Positions 7,762-15,889 of a stretch of DNA of 17,219 nt are shown here, in pieces. Origin of the DNA: Chthoniobacteraceae bacterium (GTDB lineage: Bacteria; Verrucomicrobiota; Verrucomicrobiia; Chthoniobacterales; Chthoniobacteraceae). Below the pieces are notes generated by a model. That model did not search any database. It was not told the origin of the DNA and saw nothing but the letters and a program-made list of their open reading frames with translations. The translations under genes were made by a program, and so were the position numbers. Location of the stretch: contig JBEBGD010000113.1 in NCBI GenBank assembly GCA_040081625.1, positions 1 through 17,219 on the forward strand. The letters are read 5' to 3'. Position 1 is the first letter of the stretch. Every line of letters starts with the position of its first letter.

Positions 7762-8532
7762 TTATCGAATCACGTCGCATTCGACCAGCGCTTCCGCGCC
7801 ATACGGTCCGGTCGCGCGCGGCTCGCCATCCGGGCCGACGACCAGCGAACAACCGATGCACCGCCGCCCCGCCCACGCGCCGGCGGTGATCGGCCCGACG
7901 TTGCTCGCGCCGGCGATCCACACGCCGAACTCTCGCGCGACGCGCCCGTAGCAATCGCGCCACAACTCACCGTAAGGTTCGCGCGCGTTGTCGTGATCGG
8001 CCGGCACCGCCCACGCGCACGGCGACACGATCACCGCCGCGTCCATCTGCGCGAGCGTGCGGGAGATCACTTCGCCCGGCGCGAACGCATCCGCGCAAAT
8101 CATCACGCCGATCGTGCCGAGCGCCGTGCGCGCGACGCCGAGCCTGTCGCCGCGCGCGTAGATTTCGTGCGCGATGTCCAGCTCGTGAATCTTGCGATTG
8201 AGCAACAAGAACTCGCCGTCCGGCGAAAAGAGCACGGCTGAATTGAAAAGCCGCTCGCCGTCGCGCTCGACGATCCCCGCGCACACGTGAACGCCCGCCC
8301 GCCGCGCAGCATCGCGCAGCCGCTCGCAAGCCGCACCGCCCGGAATCGCGCCCGCGCTTTCCCGCGCACACGGATGCGCCCACCCGCAGTCGAGCGCCTC
8401 CGGCAGCACGACGAGCTGCGCTCCGCGCGCTGCCGCCTCGCGCACGCGAGCCTCGGCACGCGCAAGATTCGCCTCCACCTCGCCCGGCTCGACGAGCATC
8501 TGCGCGAGCGCGAGGTGGAGCGGTGATTTCAT
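7762..8532 (-). CDS. Carbon-nitrogen hydrolase (nitrilase superfamily)
   Basis: Start ATG 8532 (MKSPLHLALAQM). E-K-C triad in LVVLPE, NRKIHEL and GVMICAD. Also GCSLVVGPDG. Confidence 0.92.
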   Translation of the reverse strand: MKSPLHLALAQMLVEPGEVEANLARAEARVREAAARGAQLVVLPEALDCGWAHPCARESAGAIPGGAACERLRDAARRAGVHVCAGIVERDGERLFNSAVLFSPDGEFLLLNRKIHELDIAHEIYARGDRLGVARTALGTIGVMICADAFAPGEVISRTLAQMDAAVIVSPCAWAVPADHDNAREPYGELWRDCYGRVAREFGVWIAGASNVGPITAGAWAGRRCIGCSLVVGPDGEPRATGPYGAEALVECDVIR

Positions 8533-8586
8533 GCGCCAGCTTCTGCGCGCATCGAACCCGGCTGCAATTCGTTTTCGCGCCTGCGC

Positions 8587-8616
8587 TTGCTGGCCGGCGC
8601 CTCGATCGGCTAACCT
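8587..8616 (+). promoter_or_regulatory. Candidate sigma70-type promoter giving a leaderless transcript
   Basis: TTGCTG-N18-TAACCT, followed 5 nt later by ATG 8622. No SD. Confidence 0.3.
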
Positions 8617-8621
8617 GCGGG

Positions 8622-9827
8622 ATGAATTTTCGCGATGCCGCATCACGCTGCTATCTCGCAGCGCTTTGCCTCTGCGCTGGCGGGTTCGCGCTTGGCGGCG
8701 TGCCGGGCCTCGGTGTCGTGGTCGATGCGATCTCGGATGAGTTCGAGGCGCCGTGGAGCTTCAACTCGCAGACGAATCTCTCGGCGAACGGCTTGTGGTA
8801 TGGCTCGTTCCGCGGGGCGCCGGAGGTTATCCAATTGGTCACGCCGCCCGATGGTGCGACGGCCGAGAGCGCGTCGGCGCTGCGGCTGCGCTCGATCGAT
8901 GTCAGCGACGACGGCAATCCAGGAATGGAGGACCTCGTGTCGGATTTCTACGACTCGACGGTGCTCGGCCGCTTCCTCGATTTCGCCGAGCAGCCCAGCT
9001 TCGTGACCTTCGCCTGGTTTCCGCCCGTCGCCGATTGGCCGCTGGCTCAGAATGTCTTCGGCTTCCGGCTCGCGGCGTGGGACGACACGCTCGTCTCCGG
9101 CGGCAATCCGCACGGCGAATACTATCCGAGCATCTGGGCCTATCGCGATAGCGACGGGCTGGGCTACCTGAATGCGCGTGTCGGCGACGGCGTCGTTTAC
9201 GACGTGATCATCGCGCAGATCACCTCGACCGGCTGGTTCACGCTCGGGCTCAGTTGGAATGCGCAGGGACAGATCGAGTATTACGCGGCCCCTGGCCGGC
9301 GCGCGCTCGGCGCCGACGACCTGCTCTACACCGACACGGTGAGCGCGCGTCGGCTCGACACCGTCCCCTACCATTTTTTCAGCCTGCGCTTTCCGGCCTC
9401 CGGCAGCGTCTCACCGGACTTTCTAGCCGACCGATGCCGGGCGTTCACGCGGAGCGCGCCGGCTCTTCCTTCGCTCGGCTCGCTTGCGCGGGCCGGCACG
9501 TCTTTCAGCATGACGATTGCCGGCATGACGTCGGGTTTTGGCTATCGCGTGGAGCGGAGCGCGACGCTGGCTGTCAACTCGTGGCAGGAGGTCGAGCGCT
9601 TCGTGAGCAATGGCCAGGGCCGCGCGTTCGCGGATACCTACGCCGGATCGACGATGTTCTATCGCGTCGCCCGAGGCACCGAAACCCTGCCGCCTCCCGC
9701 GCCGGGCATGGCACGCGCGACGGCAAAGACTTCGCGAATCCAAGGATCGCTACGCGTGATCCCGCCGCGGCTCGTGATAGGAAACGGCAAACGCGCGGGC
9801 CGGATGGCTCCGCCGACTTGGGAGTAG
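8622..9827 (+). CDS. Secreted hypothetical protein: lectin/LamG-like core plus a C-terminal all-beta module
   Basis: ATG 8622 gives a hydrophobic leader. The core is aromatic-rich (EYYPSIWAY, TGWFTLGLSWNAQGQIEYYAAPG). The tail YRVERSATL..NSW...FADT...FYRV is of a type I associate with verrucomicrobial exported proteins. Confidence 0.8.
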   Translation: MNFRDAASRCYLAALCLCAGGFALGGVPGLGVVVDAISDEFEAPWSFNSQTNLSANGLWYGSFRGAPEVIQLVTPPDGATAESASALRLRSIDVSDDGNPGMEDLVSDFYDSTVLGRFLDFAEQPSFVTFAWFPPVADWPLAQNVFGFRLAAWDDTLVSGGNPHGEYYPSIWAYRDSDGLGYLNARVGDGVVYDVIIAQITSTGWFTLGLSWNAQGQIEYYAAPGRRALGADDLLYTDTVSARRLDTVPYHFFSLRFPASGSVSPDFLADRCRAFTRSAPALPSLGSLARAGTSFSMTIAGMTSGFGYRVERSATLAVNSWQEVERFVSNGQGRAFADTYAGSTMFYRVARGTETLPPPAPGMARATAKTSRIQGSLRVIPPRLVIGNGKRAGRMAPPTWE

Positions 9828-9841
9828 GGCGGCGAGCCGCG

Positions 9842-11110
9842 CTAGTTGAACTTGTTCTTCCGATACGCCCCCATCGCGGGTGCGCCGGGATTCACCTCGG
9901 GGCCGAAGTAGCGCAGGCAGACGAGCGGCTCGGTCTCGCTCGTGTTCTCGAAGGTCACGCCCGCTTTCGCGCCGGCTTCGGTGCAGAAGACTTCGTCCTC
10001 GGTCAGTTCGTGGAAGCGGATGAGCTTCGGCGAGACGAGCGGCTGGCCGTTGATCTTGCCGGTGCCTTGCACGCAGATGAGGCCGTAGGCGCCGTTGTCC
10101 TTGATCGTGCATTTCGTGCCGGGATCGACGGTGAGTTCCTTGGCGGTGAAGAGCTGTTCGCCATCGACCTTGCCATAGACAATCCAGCGATCGACGAAGC
10201 CTTCGCGTCGCGTGTCGGCGACGGGCACCGGCTCGAGATAGTGATGCTCCTTGAACTTCGGATCGACGTTCTTTTCCCAGTCGAGCTGCTCGACGATGAA
10301 GTCGAGATCGCGGTGATGCTTCTTGGGCATGTCTTTCACGAGCAGGCTCCACGGGACTTCGCGGCCCTCGACGAGGCTCTGATACATGCCGAAGACGTCG
10401 CTGCCCCACTGCGGCTCGTAGGTGCAGAGCGAACCGGGCGCGTGCAGGATGCAAGGGTCGATGAGCCAGCCGCTGCCGACCTTGAGGCGATAGGCTTTCG
10501 AGAGATCGAGGATGCCGTTGTCGCCGCGGTTCCAGTTCTCGAGGCACTTGCGGACCTGCGCCTTGGTCGTGCCGGGCTCGAAGCCCATGAACGTGTAGGG
10601 AAAATTGTTGCCGACGTTGTTGTGCTGCGGCGGGAAGTAATAGCTTTCCGGCTTGCCCTCCTGGCCCACGAGCGCGGCCTGTTTCTTCGACTGGTGCATG
10701 TGGTGCGGGATCGGCCCCATGTTGTCGAAGAACTTCGAATAGACCGGCCACTTGCTGTATTTGCGCCAGATCGCGCTGCCGATGAGCGTCGCGCCGCACT
10801 CGGCGACGGCTTGCGCGAGGGTGAAGCGGCGCTTGCCGACGACGACGTAGCTGAGGCCTTCGTCGGGCGTGCGGTTTTCATTCGCCGCGGGCGTGGTGCT
10901 GGCGAACCAACGCTCGTCGATGCCGCCGCGATTGAGCCCGTAGGCGTAGAGGTCGTCGGGGTGGAGCTTGAGGCGCTTGCCGGGCTGGAGGAAGCTGCGC
11001 GGCACCCAGCACGGCGCGAGGCGGAGCAAGCCGCCGGTCTTCGAGATTTCAGCCTCGACGATGCTGGCGACGTTCTTGGTGACGGTCTTGAGGGCGGTGA
11101 CGGTGTTCAT
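9842..11110 (-). CDS. Cupin-fold protein resembling type I mannose-6-phosphate isomerase
   Basis: Motif order SKFFD..PIPHHMHQ..GKPESYY..ILHAPG..YEPQWGSD parallels the type I PMI pattern KxLDA..LSxQVHP..KxExW..HA..EIQQxSD. Confidence 0.75.
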   Translation of the reverse strand: MNTVTALKTVTKNVASIVEAEISKTGGLLRLAPCWVPRSFLQPGKRLKLHPDDLYAYGLNRGGIDERWFASTTPAANENRTPDEGLSYVVVGKRRFTLAQAVAECGATLIGSAIWRKYSKWPVYSKFFDNMGPIPHHMHQSKKQAALVGQEGKPESYYFPPQHNNVGNNFPYTFMGFEPGTTKAQVRKCLENWNRGDNGILDLSKAYRLKVGSGWLIDPCILHAPGSLCTYEPQWGSDVFGMYQSLVEGREVPWSLLVKDMPKKHHRDLDFIVEQLDWEKNVDPKFKEHHYLEPVPVADTRREGFVDRWIVYGKVDGEQLFTAKELTVDPGTKCTIKDNGAYGLICVQGTGKINGQPLVSPKLIRFHELTEDEVFCTEAGAKAGVTFENTSETEPLVCLRYFGPEVNPGAPAMGAYRKNKFN

Positions 11111-11124
11111 GAAAATGGGCGCGC

Positions 11125-11153
11125 GTTATTCCAGCGCACGGCGCGCGCGTCAA
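11125..11153 (-). promoter_or_regulatory. Candidate sigma70-type promoter for the cupin gene
   Basis: Minus strand TTGACG-N17-AATAAC with a TG extended -10, ending 14 nt before ATG 11110. Confidence 0.35.
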
Positions 11154-11176
11154 CCCTTTCGCTCCCGGATTTGCGC

Positions 11177-11238
11177 GACGAAGGTCACAGCGGACGCGAA
11201 GGAACCCCGAACCTCAGGCTTCGTGCGCTTCGTGGTGA
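11177..11238. repeat. Degenerate intergenic ACGAAG/CTTCGTG inverted-repeat element
   Basis: GACGAAGGTCACAGCGGACGCGAAGG ... CTTCGTGCGCTTCGTGGTG shares the CACGAAG/CTTCGTG core and the terminal CTTCGTGGT with 1347-1416, but with a 9-nt period. Confidence 0.6.
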
Positions 11239-11254
11239 ACTTCCCTACCCCCGC

Positions 11255-12136
11255 TCAGCTCGCGAAGAGCTTATCCATTCGCTCGGAGAGAAATTTCAGG
11301 CGCGCGGCGTCGCCGCCGGGAACTTCGGCGATGCCGTAGCCGGTGTAGCCGATTTCATCGAGCGATTGCATGACGGCGGACCAATTCACGTCGCCTTCGC
11401 CGAGCTCGACGCCGAAGCCTTTTCGAATGCCTTCTTCGTTGGCTTTCTTGCGGCTGAATTCCTTGATGTGGAGGTTGAGCATGCGCTTGCCGAGGATGCG
11501 CGGCCATTGCTCGGCCCAGCCATAGATGACGCAGTTGCCGATGTCGAAGTGCCAGCCGACCCACGGGCTGCCGATCTCATCGACGAAGCGCGCGGCTTCG
11601 ACCGGGTTCATGATGAATTGGTTCCAGACGTTCTCGATGGCGATGTGGCACTTCGCCTTTTCGGCGGCTGCGGTGCAGCGCTTGATGCCTTCGATCGAGC
11701 GGCTCCAGCACTCGGCGTAGTTCACTTTTTCGTTCACGACGCCAGGGACGAGGAGGACGTGCTTGCAGCCGATCTCGCCGCCTTGCGTGAGCGCGAGTTG
11801 GAGGCCACGGACTGTGCGCTCGCGGTTCGCGGGGTCGGGATCGCTGAGCGGGTATTTCCAGTGAGGTGTGCAGATGATGCCGGCGACTTCAACGCCACTG
11901 GCGGCCGTCGCCTGCTGGATGATTTCGATGCTGAGCGCATCGTCGGGGAGGTTCAGCTCGATGCCTTCGAAGCCGGCGTCGCGCGCCATCTTGAAGCGAT
12001 CGGCAATCGTGGCGTCGGGCGCTTTGATCATGCCGAGGTTGACGGCTTTTTTGAGTGCGCGCTTTTTTGGCGTCTGGGCAAAAGCGGTGCCGGCGAGTGC
12101 GGCGGCGGACGTGGCGAGGAAGTGGCGGCGGTCCAT
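11255..12136 (-). CDS. Tat-exported sugar phosphate isomerase/epimerase family protein (AP endonuclease 2 TIM barrel)
   Basis: Twin-arginine leader MDRRHFLATSAAALAGTAFA. Motifs AGFEGIEL, IAIENVWN, FDIGN, LHIKE, GEGDVNW and GYGIAE. Confidence 0.92.
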   Translation of the reverse strand: MDRRHFLATSAAALAGTAFAQTPKKRALKKAVNLGMIKAPDATIADRFKMARDAGFEGIELNLPDDALSIEIIQQATAASGVEVAGIICTPHWKYPLSDPDPANRERTVRGLQLALTQGGEIGCKHVLLVPGVVNEKVNYAECWSRSIEGIKRCTAAAEKAKCHIAIENVWNQFIMNPVEAARFVDEIGSPWVGWHFDIGNCVIYGWAEQWPRILGKRMLNLHIKEFSRKKANEEGIRKGFGVELGEGDVNWSAVMQSLDEIGYTGYGIAEVPGGDAARLKFLSERMDKLFAS

Positions 12137-13420
12137 TTAGACGAGAGGGTAACGGCCGGGGATGGCGACTTCGGGCACGCTGAGTTTCATCTCCCAACGC
12201 AGCGGTTCCTTCGGGCGCAGGTCTTCCTTCGCGTTGAGCATTTCCTCCCATGTGACGGCCTTGCCGGTGTAGGCGGCGAGGCGGCCCATGATGCCGACCA
12301 TCGTCGAGTGCGCGAGCTTCTCGGCGAAGTTAAGCGGGTGGCCCTGGCGGATCGAGGCGAAGAATTCGTCGTGCTCGACCTGATACATGTCGGGGGTCGG
12401 CCCGCTGTATTTCCACGGGGTCTTGCCGGTGATCTGCTGGAGTTTGCGTGAGCCGATGATGTGGCAGGTGCCCTCGGTGCCGATGATGTGATCGGCCGTC
12501 TCGCTGAAGGTGCCCGACTGCTGGCGGCAGAAGATGTGGCCGCGGCGGCCTTCGGAGTATTCATACGTGACGCCGAAGTGATCGTAGATGTGGCCGTATT
12601 GCTCCTCGACGCGCTGTTGCCGCCCGCCGACGGCGACGGCTTGCACCGGGTCCGCATCGCCGAATGCCCAGCACATTTTGTCCACGGTGTGGATGGCCTG
12701 CTCGACGAGGTGGTCGCCGCCCAGCCATGTGAAATACATCCAGTTGCGGAGCTGCCACTCGAGGTCGGTCCACTCGGGCTTGCGCTCCTTCACCCACGGG
12801 GTGGCGCCGAGATAGGTGCCATGCACAGCCATCACTTTGCCGATCGCCCCTTTCTCGATCTGCTCGAAGGTCGCGCGCTCGCCGAGGCTCGAGCGCCAGC
12901 AAAAGCCCGACTGGCAGCCGAGACCCTTTTGCTTTGAAAGCCGCGCAGCTTCGAGGAAGCGACGCGCGCCGGCAGGGTCGGTCGCGATCGGCTTTTCGCA
13001 GAAGGCGTGTTTGCCGGCGGCCACCGTCTTGGCGAAGTGCTCGGGGCGGAAGCCGGGCGGCGTGGTGAGCAGCACCACGTCCACGTCGGTCGCGAGCACC
13101 TTGTCGATCGCGTCGATCCCGATGAATTTCTTCGCGCCCTTGGTTTTCTCCGCGTGCTTGGCGGTGAGGTTTTGGAGCGCCTTGTCGGCCTGCTCCTCGA
13201 CGACGTCGCCGAGGTAGGCGAGTTCGCAGTTCGAGTCGGCGGTCAGCGCCTGGTTCGCCGCGCCGGAGCCGCGGCCGCCGCAACCGACGAGCGCGATCTT
13301 GAGCTTTTTGCTGTTCGGCTCAGCGGCACGAAGGATGGTCGGCGCCATGCTGGCGAACGCGGCTGCGCCGGCGGCTGTGGCTGAACGGGTGAGGAAGGAA
13401 CGACGTGGGAGTGCTGGCAT
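12137..13420 (-). CDS. Tat-exported Gfo/Idh/MocA family oxidoreductase
   Basis: Twin-arginine leader LPRRSFL. Motifs IALVGCGGRG, TTPPGFRPEH, GKHAFCEKP and GGDHLVEQAIHTVD. Its TAA directly abuts the next ATG. Confidence 0.93.
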   Translation of the reverse strand: MPALPRRSFLTRSATAAGAAAFASMAPTILRAAEPNSKKLKIALVGCGGRGSGAANQALTADSNCELAYLGDVVEEQADKALQNLTAKHAEKTKGAKKFIGIDAIDKVLATDVDVVLLTTPPGFRPEHFAKTVAAGKHAFCEKPIATDPAGARRFLEAARLSKQKGLGCQSGFCWRSSLGERATFEQIEKGAIGKVMAVHGTYLGATPWVKERKPEWTDLEWQLRNWMYFTWLGGDHLVEQAIHTVDKMCWAFGDADPVQAVAVGGRQQRVEEQYGHIYDHFGVTYEYSEGRRGHIFCRQQSGTFSETADHIIGTEGTCHIIGSRKLQQITGKTPWKYSGPTPDMYQVEHDEFFASIRQGHPLNFAEKLAHSTMVGIMGRLAAYTGKAVTWEEMLNAKEDLRPKEPLRWEMKLSVPEVAIPGRYPLV

Positions 13421-13554
13421 GAGGGTGGGAGCGGTTGAGTTGAGCGGGGTGCGGTTATTAACACCTGCGACGCTCGCCTCGTAGAGGGGAAGTGGCGGGC
13501 TGCCCAGATTTTTCGCGCACCCGCGAGGCTCTGCTCCTGCTCCGCGGCTCCGTC

Positions 13555-13980
13555 ATGCTCGCACGCCTTGTCCTAGCCGCAGCCCTCACCGTCGCGCTTT
13601 CGGGCTGCGAGATGTCCGGGTCGAAAACCCAGAAACCCACCGCAGCTCAGCGACGCGGAATTTCCGCAGTGCTCGCCGGCGAATGGATCGCGCCTGGCCA
13701 CGGCGACGACTATCTGCTCTTTAAACCGGACGAGACGGATCCGAAGTCGGGACGTTTCTCGGGCTTCGGGGATTTCACGAGCTACGAGATCAAGAGTCGG
13801 CTGTTTCTCGGGCGGAGGATTTCAATCGAGCTGCAATCGGCCTCATTCGACACGGACCTCCCGCGGACGGTCGTAACTGCGGACATCGCCGCAGACGGAC
13901 GGTCGCTTCGGCTGATACTGCCGGCCAACGCTCGCGGCAAATCGTCCGCGGGGCGGACGTATCGCAAGGTCACGCAGTGA
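13555..13980 (+). CDS. Putative lipoprotein
   Basis: ATG 13555 gives MLARLVLAAALTVALSGC with lipobox LSGC. Confidence 0.75.
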   Translation: MLARLVLAAALTVALSGCEMSGSKTQKPTAAQRRGISAVLAGEWIAPGHGDDYLLFKPDETDPKSGRFSGFGDFTSYEIKSRLFLGRRISIELQSASFDTDLPRTVVTADIAADGRSLRLILPANARGKSSAGRTYRKVTQ

Positions 13981-14126
13981 CCGAAGCGGACGCTCCGGTG
14001 GGAGCGTTGGACTCTCACGTTTGAGCGAAGGCGGCGGTCTTGCGCTTGGGGACAGAGATAAATCCGGCGAATTGCTTCTGATGAGTGCCTTGAGCAGGGC
14101 GTAAAGTTCGTCAAACGGGCACCCGC

Positions 14127-14142
14127 TGGCACGCTGGCAGCT
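14127..14142 (+). promoter_or_regulatory. Candidate sigma54 (-24/-12) promoter
   Basis: TGGCACGCTGGCAGCT has a perfect TGGCACG and GG-N10-GC spacing, but CA replaces the consensus TT. It ends 30 nt before ATG 14173. Confidence 0.4.
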
Positions 14143-14172
14143 ATTGTCTTTATGGTAATTCTACTCCAGACC

Positions 14173-14754
14173 ATGAATACAACATCTCTCCTCAGTTCAA
14201 TTTCGGCCTTGCTCCTGGCAGCGACCGCTCAAGCCCTCGACCTCGGCAACGCCGCTCCAAGCACTCCTTACGAGCCCTACATGCGCCCGGTCAAACAGGT
14301 CCTCGGCAGTCTCGACGGCCAGAAGACCTCGATGGATCGCGTCAAACAACTTCTCAAGGTCGGCTACAGCTTCCGCTACCGTTTCACCGAGCCCTATGTC
14401 GCCGCGCTGCCATCGGTGACGGCGAAAGCCAAATCGGGCGACTGCAAGGCGAAGAGCCTGTGGCTCGTGGACCAGATGCAGGACCGCAATGTCCGCTACG
14501 TGATCGGCAAGGCGCGCCGCAACAGCAAGATGAGCCACGCCTGGGTGCTCTGGAATGACGGCCAGCGCTGGTGGATCCTCGATCCGACCAACGTCGCGCG
14601 CCCGATCGCGGCCGATCAGGTCGGCTCGAACGAATACATCCCGCTTTACAGCTACGCCCCGGGCCACGCCTACCGGCACAGCGCCACGACGATGTTCACG
14701 GCCAGTGCCACGACGGGCAACGCGCCGGTCGCAGCAGAGCGGACCCGCCGCTAG
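14173..14754 (+). CDS. Secreted transglutaminase-like cysteine peptidase
   Basis: Signal peptide ending AQA. Cys-His-Asp triad in GDCKAK, SHAWV and ILDPT. Confidence 0.85.
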   Translation: MNTTSLLSSISALLLAATAQALDLGNAAPSTPYEPYMRPVKQVLGSLDGQKTSMDRVKQLLKVGYSFRYRFTEPYVAALPSVTAKAKSGDCKAKSLWLVDQMQDRNVRYVIGKARRNSKMSHAWVLWNDGQRWWILDPTNVARPIAADQVGSNEYIPLYSYAPGHAYRHSATTMFTASATTGNAPVAAERTRR

Positions 14755-14772
14755 ACTAGATTTTTCATGGGC

Positions 14773-14817
14773 TGCTTGGCGCTCCGATCCGAGTGGGTCG
14801 GGGCGCCTCGCATTTTT
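14773..14817 (+). terminator. Rho-independent terminator candidate
   Basis: GGCGCTCCGATCC-GAGT-GGGTCGGGGCGCC stem with two G-U pairs, an outer TGC/GCA pair and a TTTTT tail, just after the stop at 14754. Confidence 0.6.
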
Positions 14818-14913
14818 CGGCACTGAGGTCGGTCACTCATTTCCGATACGCGAAGATTGAGACTGGCGTCCGGGCCGCACTCTTGCATTCTCCGCCAAGC
14901 ACATCGCCGAGAC

Positions 14914-15837
14914 ATGAACCCAGCCGACGAACCACAAATCTACACGCCGCTCTTCGACAAATTGGGGAATCGTTTCGCGCTTTGGGGCTGCCGCGGCTCC
15001 ACGCCGACGCCCGGCGCGAGCTTCCTCAGGCACGGCGGTAACACGAGCTGCTTTTGCGTCACCTACCGCGACGAGCGATTCATCTTCGACGCCGGCACCG
15101 GCATCCGCGAACTGGGCGCGGAAGTCATGCGCGGCAAGCGGCAAAAGATTCACCTCTTCATCACCCACACGCACTGGGACCACATTCAGGGTTTCCCCTT
15201 CTTCTTCCCGGCCTACACGCCGGGATTCGAGATCACCGTGTGGGGCGCGGAGCTTTTCGGCAAAGACCTGCGCAACGTCTTCAGCGGGCAGCTCGATCGC
15301 GATTACTTCCCCGTGCAGATGGAAGACATGAACGCGAACCTCGCGTTCCGTCACCTGCCGGCCTCGCCGATCTCCGTGGGAGATGTCTCAGTATCGTGGG
15401 AATACGCGCAGCATCCCGGTGCCACCGTCGGCTATAAGATCGACGTCGGCGGACTGAAAATCGCGTGGGTGCCGGACAACGAATTCCTGCAAGGCTACAC
15501 CGGCGACCCGAATGCCCTCGGCCGCGATCACACGCTCCTCGCCCCGTATCGGAAGATGATCCATTTCCTGAGCGACGTGGATATCCTCATCCACGAAGCC
15601 CAATACACGCCGGAGGAATACAGCAGCAAGATCGGCTGGGGCCACAGCTCGATCACCAACGCCTGCGTGCTCGTGAAACTCGCCGGCGTCCGCCGGTGGA
15701 TCATCACGCATCACGATCCGCTGCACGACGACGAATTCCTCGAAAAGAAGCTCGCCGTCACGCGCAGCATCCTGCGCGGCCTCGGCCACGAATGCAGCGT
15801 CGTCCATGGTTACGACGGGATGACCGAGTATCTCTGA
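14914..15837 (+). CDS. MBL-fold metallohydrolase (RNase Z/phosphodiesterase-like)
   Basis: Motifs WGCRGSTP, GGNTSC, FDAGTG, HxHxDH (THTHWDH), HPG, DNE, GWGHS and THHDP. ATG 14914 preferred as start. Confidence 0.92.
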   Translation: MNPADEPQIYTPLFDKLGNRFALWGCRGSTPTPGASFLRHGGNTSCFCVTYRDERFIFDAGTGIRELGAEVMRGKRQKIHLFITHTHWDHIQGFPFFFPAYTPGFEITVWGAELFGKDLRNVFSGQLDRDYFPVQMEDMNANLAFRHLPASPISVGDVSVSWEYAQHPGATVGYKIDVGGLKIAWVPDNEFLQGYTGDPNALGRDHTLLAPYRKMIHFLSDVDILIHEAQYTPEEYSSKIGWGHSSITNACVLVKLAGVRRWIITHHDPLHDDEFLEKKLAVTRSILRGLGHECSVVHGYDGMTEYL

Positions 15838-15889
15838 ACCGGCATCGTCCCTTGCACGGCGGGCCGCGTGCGCTATTGGACTTTTAACC

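Noticed and set aside
4742..7951. 1069-aa plus-strand ORF
   Set aside because: It is the codon-aligned antisense shadow of the oxidoreductase and CocE genes, which share one register. TTA, CTA and TCA codons are rare in GC-rich genes, so antisense stops are absent. The product is Arg-rich with no motifs.
7751..7963. N-terminal extension of the CocE ORF given by the ORF track (similarly 8533-8646, 13492-13554 and 14857-14913)
   Set aside because: The extensions overlap neighbouring genes or promoter regions. Downstream ATGs give proper signal peptides or domain starts.
9254..12451. 1065-aa plus-strand ORF
   Set aside because: Same antisense-shadow effect across three minus-strand genes that happen to share a register. 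No recognisable domain.
14067..14112. CTGATGAG followed by a stem-loop, resembling a hammerhead ribozyme core
   Set aside because: The required CGAAA after stem II is absent (GTAAAG instead), and no stem I with an NUH cleavage site can be formed.
15839..15858. CGGCATCGTCCCTTGCA as a sigma54 site
   Set aside because: GG-to-GC spacing is 11 nt rather than the strict 10.
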